Shown here piece after piece: positions 27,001 to 40,300 of a DNA stretch of 64,000 bases; position 1 is the stretch's first letter, and each line of letters begins with the position of its first letter. The notes under the pieces were generated by a model. It ran no database searches. It was not told the origin of the DNA and worked only from the letters and a program-made list of their open reading frames with translations. Location: assembly GCF_001194135.2 (NCBI RefSeq), contig NC_068982.1, positions 70,043,943-70,107,942 on the forward strand, written 5' to 3'. Source of the stretch: Octopus bimaculoides. Lineage: Eukaryota. Position numbers and translations under genes: made by a program.

Positions 27001-28345
27001 CTAAAAAATGATGATGTTATATTTAAGTAATAAAAAGTGTTTATTTCAGAAAAATAATATTACATTATATTTAAAGGTCATAAAACTAAGAAAGAAAACA
27101 TAAAAAATTAATAGATTTTTGTCATCCAGATCTAACCAATGTGCAAAATTTCAACAAGTGATGGACAGTATTTATTCAATCTTGAAACTGTATGCTCGAC
27201 TGTGGCAGAGGTCTCCATTACTTAAGACAGCTGATTACTGAAGGAAGTGGGTTAAACTTGCTAATAAATCTTAAGTAACAGATAAAGAATTAGAAATAAT
27301 TTGTTTATCAAGCAAGTAAATAACTATGTAAACAATTAAACATAGTCGATGAGACAGTTAATGTATTTTGCATACATTAACCCAATAAGTTGGGCATGAA
27401 ACAACATGCTCTTTCCTGTGCAACACAGACTGAAAAGAGAATTGTGTCAATGCTAAATTCCATGGAACAAAGTTTGCTGATTTCCAATAGTGAAATATAT
27501 TTTGATCACAAGTTAGCTGAGATATCATGTTTGATGTGTCTGTTTGAATTGGCAGGCAAGAAAAGAAACCATGTAGACATCTAATATTAGGTATGGTCAT
27601 ATTAATAGTAGTGAAGATACAGGCGCAGTGTGATGTATACTCTACTCTTACTCTTTTGCTTGTTTCAGTCATTTGACTGAGGCCATGCTGGAGCACCACC
27701 TTTAATCGAGCAAATCGACTCCAGGACTCATTCTTTGGAAGCCTAGTACTTATTCTATCGGTCTTTTTTGCCGAACCGCTAAGTTACAGGGACGTAAACA
27801 CACCAGCATCGGTTGTCAAGCGATGTTGGGGGGATAAACAGAGACACGCAAACATATACACACACATACATATATATATACATAGATACGACGGGCTTCT
27901 TTCAGTTTCCATCTACCAAATCCACTCACAAGGCTTTAGTCAGCCTGAAGCTATAGTAGAAGACACTTGCCCAAGGTGTCACGCANNNNNNNNNNATATA
28001 TATATATATATATATAATATATATATATCTATAATAGAATTGGTACTGTAAATGAAGAAATATAAAATAGAATTGATTCTATAAATGAAGAAATATAATT
28101 TTTTTTTAATTTTGGCACAAAGCAGTTTTGGAGAGGGGGGGGTTCGTTTTTTTTTTATTGATCATCCACCCTCAATGCTCAACTGGTACTTATTTTATCA
28201 AACTCAAAAGAATGAAAGACGAAGTCAACCTTGGCAGCAGTTGAGTGCAAAGAGCTGCAAGAAATTCTGTTAAGCATTTTGCCTGGCAAATAAACAAATC
28301 TGCCAGTTTACCACCTTAATAATAATAAAAGTAATAATAATAATG

Positions 28346-28376
<31 letters not shown>

Positions 28377-31300
28377 TGATGATGATTTCAAATTTTGGCA
28401 CAAGGCCAACAATTTCAAGGATGGGGTAAGTCGATTACATCAACCCTAGTACTTGACTGGTACTTATTTTATCAACCCAGAAAGGATGAAAAGTAAAGTC
28501 AAACTTTGGTGGAATTTGAATTCAGAATGTGAAGACAAACAAAATGCAGCTAAGCAATCTGCCTGGCATGCTAATGATTCTGCCAGCTCACTGCCTTAAA
28601 AATAACAATAATAATGATAACAACAATAATAATAATAATAATCCTTTCTACTATATACACAAGGCCTGACATTTTGGGGGAGGGGGCCAGTTGGTTAGAA
28701 TGACCCCAGTATGCAACTGGTACTTAATCTATTGACCCTGAAAGGATGAAAGGTAAAGTCAACCTCAGTGGAATTTGATCTCAAAACACACCAATGGGCA
28801 AAAATATCGTTGAGCATTTTGTTTAGCATGCAAATGATTCTGCTAGCTCATAGGCACAAGGCCTAAACTTGGAGGGCAAGGGCTAGTCAATTATACCAAC
28901 CACAGTGCTCAACTGGTATTTATTTCATCAAGCCCAAAAGAATGAAAGGCAAAGTTGACCTCAGAACATAATGAATCAGAGAGAATAAACATGAGGTATT
29001 TATTTTTGGTGGATTCTGCCAATCCACCATCTTGATGCTATAACAATAATGATCATAATCAAAGGTAATAATAATTATAAATGAATGTAACTCCCAGTTA
29101 AATTCTATTTGTGGAAGTTGTAAAGCAAGTAGCCAAATCAGTATGAAAGAATTTCAGTAAACCTAACATATATGTAGATCAGTACATTTTGCTTTCAAAT
29201 CTCAAAAACAATAATGTGTTCTTAATTATCATAAATAATCACACTGGATATCATCACTAACTAAATGAGTGGTTCTCAACTGGGGTCTATTTTGTTATTA
29301 AAATTTATGTGCAATAAATTGCTTATACTTCTACAATGCACAAGATATTAAATTTTTTTTTACACAACTGACTGTATGGTAAAAAGCTTGCTTCCCAACC
29401 ACATGGTTCTGGGTTCAGTTCCACAGTGCAGCACCTTTGGCAGGTGTCATCTACTATAGCCTTGGGCCAACCAAAGCCTTGTGAATGGATTTGGTAGACA
29501 GGAACTGAAAGAAGCCTGTTGTGTGTGTGTCCCACCACTTGACAACTTGTGTTGGTGTGTTTTTACATCCCCATAACTTAGCAGTTTGGCAAACGAGATC
29601 AATAGAATAAGTAACAGGTGTTACAAAAAAATACTAATCACTAGGGTCAATTCATTTGACTAAAAATTCTACAAAGTGGTGCCTCTGCATGGCCGCAGTC
29701 TAATGACTGAAGCAAGTAAAAGATAAAAGACAAATTCCTAATAATATTTAATTATAAAAATACAGTAGGATTTTTTTTTTTTTACATTTATATCAAATCG
29801 CTATGGAAAGCCAGTGGAGTAAAATAGGAATCACAGGGTTCCATAGGCAAAAAATGGTTGAAAACTACTGATCTAAACTACAGAACTATTCAGATACTTA
29901 GAATTCCAAAACTGAAGAATGCTTTCAATGATAGCATACTTAGTTCTTTGCCATTATCATTCAAACCATAGATATACTTGGAAACATTCATGGGGCCACA
30001 AAATATTAATGTCATTAAGGAGTAATTTGGTAATGGTAGAGAATATTGGATAAGAGCTAACAGAAACAAAATGTGTTCTGGTTGGGTAATTAAACTATCA
30101 GCATTCAGATTATTCTGCCATATGTAATGCTTATTTATTCACATTGTTTTGAACTAATCATGTATTATCTCGTAGTTTCAGGATTTCAATGATGTGATTG
30201 TTTATTTTTAGAATGACATTGTAGGGTAGGTGTGAAAGGCCGGATCTTACTGGTTTGAAGATAAACAAGTTGAATATATCAACCTGATGTGGCTAGTTTA
30301 AATGCTAAAGGGTTATAAACAGTATTGCATTGTGTAGTGTTAATTTGGAATAGGTGGGAGAATAGACTAAAGCATCCATGGTACAGAGAGAGATCATGAA
30401 AACTTTGTAGAATTCAAAAAAAAAAAAAGGAAAGTTCTTTAATTAATAAACTAAGTCACAGTTTTTAATTGTTACTGATTGAATAAAGTAGGCTAAAAGG
30501 TTAACAATTTCACTTCAGAACCACAAGGTCCCATTGCATAGCACTTTGGACAGATATCATGCTTTTTAACCTCAGGTCAAACCCATAACTTGTGATTGAT
30601 ATTGGATGGATGGAAACTGCATAAAAGCCCATCAAGTGGATTGTACCTGTAATTCAACAGGTATATATCCTTTTCACACACTGCCTCATGCAGATTCTGC
30701 CTGTTAAATTACAGTAAGGGTAACATGTCAGGAATACTCAGTCAATTCAAGAGCAGGTAATTCAGCTGATCAAACAATGGAGATTCAAGACTGGGTAAAA
30801 AAGACAAGTCAGACATAACTGTGCTAAACTCCTTTCATCAGTGAGAAACAGTCCTAAGTATTGATCTTATGTTTCATCATTAAGATTTCAAAACAAAATT
30901 AAATGCTAGATTTCATATATTTTCTAAACCTTTAATGAGTGTGAACAAAAGCTCGTTACTGAACAATCTCAAGGTTATTAGTCTCTTAATAATTAGCAAC
31001 ATACCGAAGCAGGTTTTGCAAGCATTCGTTTAACCAAACGGTAATGATTGTACAGTGGTCGCATCAAATCTTTTGATATTTTGGATGACTAAAAAGTGGA
31101 AAATAATATCATATAATACACAATATAAAATAAACAAATTAGGGTATTTGAAATATTAATTTTAATATTGTATTTAATAAAGAATATAGTGAACCCCAAA
31201 TACAAAAATAACACTTAGTTGGACAAAAAAAAAACCTTTAAGACTCTTTTAGTTATAAAATATCCAAAATTATTTTATATTAGTTTTGGGCTATGATAGG

Positions 31301-34300
31301 TTTTACAGCTTAAGCCAGCCATGAACAAATTGTAGCCAACAGGACTTTCTGAATGGCAAACTTAATGAAACATTTCCTTGAATTGTTTTCAGTTGTGTGG
31401 CCCACCTGATGATGAACAATGTTTTATGCAACCTCAGAAAAGTTTGCCCGTGCCTGGTTGCAAGATCTGAACCCCTTCACCATTTGAAAACCTTATTTAC
31501 AATTGGATTTGAAAGTAATTTTCATGCTAATGAGTCCAACAGTTTAGTATAGGGTAAGTTTATTATAGTTTATTTTAGTAGGCAGTACAGAAAAGTCCCT
31601 CTACAGAGCCAATAGGGCAAGTTTGAAAATTCAACCTATCAGTACAGATACTTTAGCTTGAGAATATAGCAAACATTTAATAAGTAACACCAAATTATCT
31701 GCTCAACAAATTATTATCTCCTCTGATCTTTTCACTCTCACCTTTATGCTGCTCTTAAAACTTGCTTTCCAAAGGCAAATGTCCAACATTGGTCAATACT
31801 CCAATGTTCAATGTTAAGATAGTCATAACAATAGGACAACTAATTTCTTAGATGATTGCTCTGTTATTAAAGACTTATTTTAAGGATTTAGTGCCAACAG
31901 GCTGTTTTAAAAACAATTTACAAATACAAAATTTCATTTTCATCTCTTCTTTAATGGATGGATTTGTTTCAATTGAAATCTGACAAAAAAAGTGTATTAT
32001 ATCAGGAAAATAAAAGGTAAAGTTATTTATAAGTGTCTCATTCTTGAAACAACACAAGGTGTGATGATAAGAAAAAGATTGTATGAATGTGCATACCAAG
32101 TGTATAGATGGTGAGCAAGGCTGTGAGAGAGCTAAATAAAGCAAACTACTAAATAGAGGAGAGTAATACTTGAAGAAAGTTGTATCCTCATGAAAGAGGA
32201 AAGAAAGTGACATAATAGGGTGTGTATGCTGTACAAATAGCAGCTAAATTATAAAGTGAAAACAAAGTGATTGGAAGTGTTCTGGACAAAAACCCATGTA
32301 GGAAATAACAATTAATCTGTTATTAACATTACTATTAAAAAAAATTTGAGAATTAAATTACTTGAAAATATTACAAAGTCATATAAAAACATTTTTTTAT
32401 AATTTTTATTATGTACAAATAGTTAACAAAAAAAAGCAATATTTCTCATCAGAGACATTACTAAATAGAAAATCATTACATTTTTAAGAGATCAATTAAA
32501 AATTTAAATAAAAATATCATAAAGAGTTAAACCTATTTCTGACAAGCTTTTATATTAGATAAAATTAACAAAGCACATTAAAAAGAAAATGGGTTTTTTT
32601 CCCTAAAAAGTATTCAATTTTTTTTTTAATGTACAGCTACAAAGTTTTTAAAATTAAAATGAAATTGTTCTATCAAAGACAGTAATTACTGAATTCATTC
32701 ATGAATACTGCACCCATTCCCACACTTAGAATAATAATCTAACACACTTCTTGAAACAATGAATGTCTTTCTAAAGCGTCATATTGGAACTGATTTTCAA
32801 TATTTCAGCTAAAAAAAAAAAAAAGTTTCCACATGTCTGCATCACCTCCCAACAACGCCCCACCCCCAGTAAATGCATATTCTCAGGGTGACAAAGTTTC
32901 AAATTCTGACTGGAACTATTTGACTTCATTATGATGATGATGGAAACATTAATCCCTTGCAGACGGACTTAGTACTGACAGTCTGTGCCTTTCAGTAACT
33001 ACATCATTTTTCATTCAAGGAATTTTACAGTGTATTTACAGACTTTTTTCAGTGTGGTATATTTGAAAACATGGCACCGCACAGAGTGAGACATCTCATT
33101 GCTCACACACACAGTGTTTCAATGCAGTCGGTACCATTTCCCATCTACAAGGGGTTAACAATGTAAGTAAAATGAAACTGTTCTAATCTGAAAGTAAAAT
33201 CTTGCAAAAAGCTCAGCTGACAGTGAATGCATTGCTATGGCATTTGCCTAAAATGTTTTAAGTTTCCTTTTGGCTTTTTCTTTTTTTAGAAAATCTGAAT
33301 GTACAATATTAAAGCAGTGTTGTGCAACTAATTTCAATGGGAGGCATAAAATTATTAAATTCATTAAAAACACAACTTTCTAGAAATCAAGTTAAAATAC
33401 ATAAATATATAAAAATTATTTGGAAAATATCACTTTTAAGATAATCTCTACAGATATTCTATAGAAATTATAGCCAGCACTGATTTTCATAATGGCATTT
33501 CATATCCGAAACATCAGATGTAGACAAACAATGAGAACAAAGATGAAAAAAAGGGTATACCATATTTTGGGAGTTTTGCTCCTTCATCAGCACCCATCTA
33601 AAAAAACCCGCCCAAAAAATCCTGAAATATGGCATCTGCACCCATTACCCTTTTTTCATCTTTGATCTCATTGCTTGTTTGCATCTGACATCTCAGATAC
33701 AAAACGTAACAAAAATCCATGCTGGCTATAATTTCTATAAAAAACCTGTCGAGATAACCTTAAAAGTGATGTAAATCACACTGCTAACACAGTAGAACAC
33801 TGTATTGACTTATAAAAATGTTTAATATATTGGGTTGTCCGGAAAGTTCATGCCGATTTTCCAAAAGTTTCTTCTCACTCAACTCATGTGGTACCCAAAC
33901 ATCGTAACGATTTGTGTACCCAAGCTTTACCAGGTGCTCATAAACGACAGATTTTGATAGGTTGAGGCTTTCTGCCAATTCTCGGGTTGTGCAATGTGGA
34001 TTATTCTCAATTAATGACTTGATTTGGTTATCATCTGTAGGTAGTGGATGGTCTGCCTGATCGCTCTTTATCAATAAGGCTACAATCTCCAGCTTGGAAC
34101 CTTGCGAACCACTTCCGTACATTTCTTTCAGATAAAGAAACATCACCGTAAACTGTGCATATTTCTTTGGTTGCTTGTGAGGCATTTTTCCCTTTACGGA
34201 AAAAGAACAGCATCAAGTGCCAAAAATGAACTTTCTTATCTTCCCTTTTAAAGGGTTACAGAATTAACACAGGTTATAGGAACATAAACCTTCTTCCACG

Positions 34301-37300
34301 AAAAGATAGCTTAAACTGTGCTCTAAATGGAGGTGTAGTCAAATCCTATTTTATGGACGCAACCATGTTCTAAAAATAAGTCGAAATGTAAGCTACTATA
34401 AATCGGCACAAACTTTCCGGACAACCCAATACTTTATATTATTTTATGCTTGCATAATGAAGTACAGTGTCCTTACAAGTCATTAATATTTCGAAAATAA
34501 TGAAGAATTTAGTAAAATAACTGTCATTATTAATCTGTTATTTGGAACATAAGTTAGCATAAACGGTTTTAATTTAGATCACTTCAAAACAGGACAATTA
34601 TGTAGGAGAACTAAGAGTGGTCTTAATTGTGTTGTGCAAAGTATGAACTTTGCACTCCTCCCAAGCAGAGCTGACCATGTTACACCCTTCTGATACAAAA
34701 CCATCTGTGACCACCACTAGTTCCATGGTACAGTCTTTTGTTTTAAAGTAGTCTAAGTTAGATTCTTCCATCAAACTCACATGTTAATTCATGTTTCAAA
34801 TATTAGCTTAATAATGACCAAGCTATTTCAATGAACTCTTCATTATTTTCAAAACTAATTAAAACAAAACCAATGTCTTTCTGCGGAAATATAACAAAAG
34901 AGTTGAGGCATTTTATGTTCAAATTCATTTTAAATTTTTGTCATCATCCATGTGACCTGGGGAATTACCATAATAATTGTGTTATATATATGTAATAGAT
35001 ATAGCTATTACTATTTCATCAAACTTTTACTGAAGACTAACACAAAAATCACATAGCCTCAACTTAGTTATTGCAATACCCAGAGACTACCAAAGTTTTT
35101 ACAAAGTTATATAAAGGAAATATTTTAGAAATAAGATCAAGAGAAAAAAACTGAAAGACTTACTGGTCGGCCATGGATGCCCTCAAAGTGAAGGAGGGAT
35201 TTCTGAATAGCTAGCTTTTCTTCTTGGATTTCATCTCTACTCATCAACTGAAATAAGAAGAAAAAAAACTTTATACTCTCTCATTGGAACTCTAAAATGG
35301 AGTTGAAATGTGTTGAAGTTTTCTTTACTAGAGACATCAAATGGACATTACTAGCAAAGAAATTGACAGTGCAAGGAAAACTCTAGCTAATACATCATCA
35401 ACATCATCATCAACACAGTAGCAGTTTCAGATGCATTCTCACTCCATACACCTGCTATAATGATTCACTGATTTTTTTCCCTCTTGTTTTGTTAATCCTG
35501 GATTCCTCCAGGAATTAGGTGTCTATTTCTTTATTTCATCATCAACAACTGGCACACAGGCAGTTACAACAAGGGTTCCAGTTGATTTGATCAACAGAAC
35601 AGCTTGCTCATAAAATTAATGTGCAAATGGCTGAGCACTCCACATACAGGTATACCCTTAACAAAGTTCTCAGTATGACACAATGTGACAAGACTGGCCC
35701 TTTGAAATACAGGAACTACTCACTTTTGCCATCTGAGCAGAGTGGAGCAATGTGAAACAAAGCATCTTGCTCCAAGACACAACGTGCCATCAGGAATTGA
35801 ACTCACAACCCTACAATTTTAAGCCAAATATCCTAACCACTAAGTCACACACCTTCACTAAATTTTATCATCATCATCATCATCAAACATCCATGCTTCA
35901 TGCTGACATAGGCTTAATAGTTTGACAAGATCAGATAGACAAGAACTGTACCATACTCTAGTGTCTGCTTTGGCATGGTTTCTATGGCTGAGTACCCTTC
36001 CTAATGCCAACCACTTTACAACACGTAGTGTGCTTTTACTATGCCAGCAGTCTTAGTAAGGTGGCCATGCAGCTTGAAAGACTATGATCCCCGAGTGGTG
36101 AGGGGCAACTTTATGCAAGACTGGTGAGATCAATGCAGTTAACATTTCACTTGAATAGTGGTAAGTCACAGGAAAACTACGAGTTAGGAGGGAATTTCAG
36201 AGGGATGATGTTTTAATAGGAAAGGATTGGGTATAACAAGGAGTTGGCATGGGGCCTGGCATGAACTCAATAGGAGCAATAAAAAGAGATGAGTGAATCA
36301 GAAATGCCTGAGAGGAAATGACATTAGACTGGCCAACTCCAAAAACCAGAGACCACAGTAGTAGGAGGACAGAGGTTGAAATGTGATTCTGAACAACTGC
36401 ATGTTAATCAATTGAGTGGCCTGACCATCATAAAGACTTCTCTATTTTTTAAAACAGCTTATACTAATATTGTTGATATATTGTCAGTGTGACACATCAG
36501 TATCTCACACAACAACATGTCTAACATTAATATTGTGGATGTGTAAATACAATTGTTACCTCCAGTTCTTCAGGGCGTCTGGCATCTCTACGTTTTTCTT
36601 TTAGTTTCTTGATAATAGACTCAAGAGTTTGTTCCATTGTTGGAACAGTAGTTGGAGATTCAGAACCGCCAGATGATGCTCCACTTCCATGCCGACTGCG
36701 ACTACTCATTTCAGCTTCTTCTTTCAGTTCTATACAAAAAAAAAAAAAAAGTGAAATGGATGTTAAGATTTCAGGTGGTTTTCAAAGTAAAAATCCTCAA
36801 AACTAAGTGCACCATTTCAAACTAGTAAGTGCTTGTACTTCTTCCATTTAAAAAGTCATGTTATAATTACATATGCAATTTAAGTATAAACATGTGTATG
36901 TATTGTGTGACTGATATCGTCATCATCATTTAACATTCATCTTCCATGCTGACAAGATCTGATGAGTTCAAGGACTGCATCAAACCCCAGTATCTACTTT
37001 GTGTGGTTTCTGTGAATGGAGACCCTTCCTAAGATTAACCACTTTACACCATGTACTTGGTGCATTTTTCCATACCACCAACACTAGCGAAATTGCCAAT
37101 GAGAGTTATGTGAGTATTGTATGTGCATGTTATGTGTGCTGTATGTCTGTGTGCACTATGTGTATCATGCATGTACATTAGTCATAAGCAGTGCACAAAA
37201 TGGGACATATTTTAGCACTTTGCTGCACTTGACTGCATGTCTGGCTTGTATGTGTGTCTGAATATTATGACCAGATGTGTGTGTGCATGTGTGAGTGCCA

Positions 37301-40300
37301 GATATGTGACAAACAAATGTGAATGCAGCTGCTGAGTGTATGCAACTGTCAAGCGTATGGTGCATATAACAGCTGGATGTGTGAGACAGTCAAGTGTATG
37401 TGTACATATGTGACTACTAGGTGGTGTGTGTGTGTGTGTGTGTGTGTGTGAGTGCATGTATGTGACTGCTAAATGCTCAGTGTATGGTGTATGTAATTGC
37501 ATTGTATGAGTGTGTGTATGAGGCTGTGAGGTTATATATATGACAGTCAGTATACATGCTGCCACTCGCACATCCATACATGTGCACATCTGCCATCCAT
37601 GCATGTGTACACCTTCCATCCATGCATGTGCACACCTGCAACTCACACATGTGCACACCTTTCACTCATGCATGCACACACCAGCTGGAGTATAACAGCT
37701 GATTATTTGTATCATATAAAAAATCTAACATGTATTTGTAGCACACATCTTGTCAAGTAAGCATTAGTAATGCATAGGATGCGCTGCATACACACCCTGT
37801 TATACTTGTCCTCCATTGTGTTGAGTGTAATGAAAGTACACTCTGTGAGTGTCAGATGTGCAGGTGTGTGCATGCATGCACACAAACATTGCACATTTCA
37901 GCAAATCTGGCATGAATGTAGATGTGCAATTCTGTCAAATAATGTCAGGAACATGGACAATGATTTGTCTAGATAGATATCAACTGATTCAGAAAAGTGA
38001 TGCACAAAGATGAGAATCTCATTTCAAGCCATTTCCCATTAATAACACAGCAATAAATACATACACACATTTTATATATATGTAGTGAAACTACCTATCG
38101 CCATTACATACAATCTTCTCATTTAAATATAAATAAATGCGAGCGTAGTAGAGAACCCATTCCTTGTCCATCACGTGACTGATCATTATTCGAATCGGCA
38201 ACTTCTTCGAACCGTTCCCGCCAGAACGCGAACTGACCAATCACGGCCCCTAATAAGGTCACGTGATGGAGTAAAATTCTGAAGGCATTTGGAGCCCTCT
38301 TAACGCTATATATAGATCANNNNNNNNNNNNNNNNNNNNNNNNNNNNNNNNNNNNNNNNNNNNNNNNNNNNNNNNNNNNNNNNNNNNNNNNNNNNNNNNN
38401 NNNNNNNNNNNNNNNNNNNNNNNNNNNNNNNNNNNNNNNNNNNNNNNNNNNNNNNNNNNNNNNNNNNNNNNNNNNNNNNNNNNNNNNNNNNNNNNNNNNN
38501 NNNNNNNNNNNNNNNNNNNNNNNNNNNNNNNNNNNNNNNNNNNNNNNNNNNNNNNNNNNNNNNNNNNNNNNNNNNNNNNNNNNNNNNNNNNNNNNNNNNN
38601 NNNNNNNNNNNNNNNNNNNNNNNNNNNNNNNNNNNNNNNNNNNNNNNNNNNNNNNNNNNNNNNNNNNNNNNNNNNNNNNNNNNNNNNNNNNNNNNNNNNN
38701 NNNNNNNNNNNNNNNNNNNNNNNNNNNNNNNNNNNNNNNNNNNNNNNNNNNNNNNNNNNNNNNNCTGGTATAATTGTCCACGTGTTATTGACTCTCTTTC
38801 TATCTGTTGTAATAATACACATACACATACATACTTTTCTTTGTATGACGGCCTGTCTTTGATTATGTTCTTATATGTCGCATTCACACTCTCACACAGA
38901 CATACATCTTTAACGCTACAATAAATATATCTGTTATTCATCTAATACGGTTGTGGTCTTTCATTACTGGTCATCTATGTTATCGTCGCATAACATATCA
39001 CGTATATCATTCATCTTTGATATATATATTTGTATGTTCGACCGTGTGACACGTTTAAATAAAAGGAGTCCTGTTTTTCCATTCGTCACCATATCTCCTT
39101 TTATGAGTTCGCACGGTCGTCCCTAACATATATATACAAACATAGAATGTGAAAATATACTTTACTTTTGATTTCCTTTCTTGCTTTAGCCAAATCTGCC
39201 ATGTATTTCTTGATTTCAGCTTTAGCAGTTTTATCACTCTGTGATGGCTGCAATGAAACCCAAAGAGGAAAATTCAGTTTCTTTGTGACATAGAAATTCA
39301 ATGAGAATCCTAGCCTAACAAATAGCCATCAAATATTTTTTGACAGCCCTCATCAACAACGCCTTATGCTTCACCAAACACAAGAGTGAAGCCATATATT
39401 TATCACATCTCATCATATTACTAAATCTTTCAATTATGGAAGATATTCTTTGTATTCCACTCCAATGTTACTAACTTATCTTTAATAGCTTTAAATGATG
39501 TCTAATAGAGCAAACAGTATAATGAATATCTGGGAGGGGGGCATTATAAACTAGGTAGAGAAAACAATATATTAAATATTTAGTTCACTGTGGGTCTTTT
39601 ACTTTTAACTTTTTCATACTGTTTCTTTCTACCCAGATCTCTCTCTCTCCCCTCGATTCAATGTGAAACACAAGCAGAATGATTAAGTCAACAACAGCAA
39701 GTCTCTGGTAAACACCAGCTCTGGTTCATTATTTACATTTGACGGATGTTTGTCCTCATCTTGTTTGTTGTTAACATGTTTCAGCTGATATACCCTCCAG
39801 CCTTCATCAGGTGTCTTGGGGAAATTTTGAACCTGGGTTCTCATTCCTAAGGTATTTTTCGATATTATTATTATTATTATTATTAATATTATTCAGCTCT
39901 GGTTGTTTCAAAGCTCAGTGCTTGAGTCTTTCAACAGCTACATCATACAGTTTGGTGCCTAAGGTGCCATCTCGTTTTATCAATGGTATATAACCATTCG
40001 TTCTCCTAAGTCTGAAGAAGGATCAAAACAATAAAATCACAGCATCCATAGACGATACTAACCAATATTAGTCCTGTAGGAACTTGACCACTTTCATCAT
40101 CATCAATTTAATGTCAACTTTTCCATGCTTGCACTAGTGGGGTGGAATTTATTGAGGCAGATTTTTCTATGGTTTAATGCCCTTTAATCATCACTCATCT
40201 GTTTCCAAGCAAGATAATATTCTTCATGGCTACACATGTTCTTGCAGAATGTTAGAAATGAACAACACTGCTTGTATGACAGTGACACTCATTTACAACT

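Noticed and set aside
37212-37976. Cys/His/Met-rich ORFs
   Set aside because: Translations of CA/TG-derived tandem repeats
38259-38941. Track ORFs of 154-211 aa
   Set aside because: Mostly X from the assembly gap
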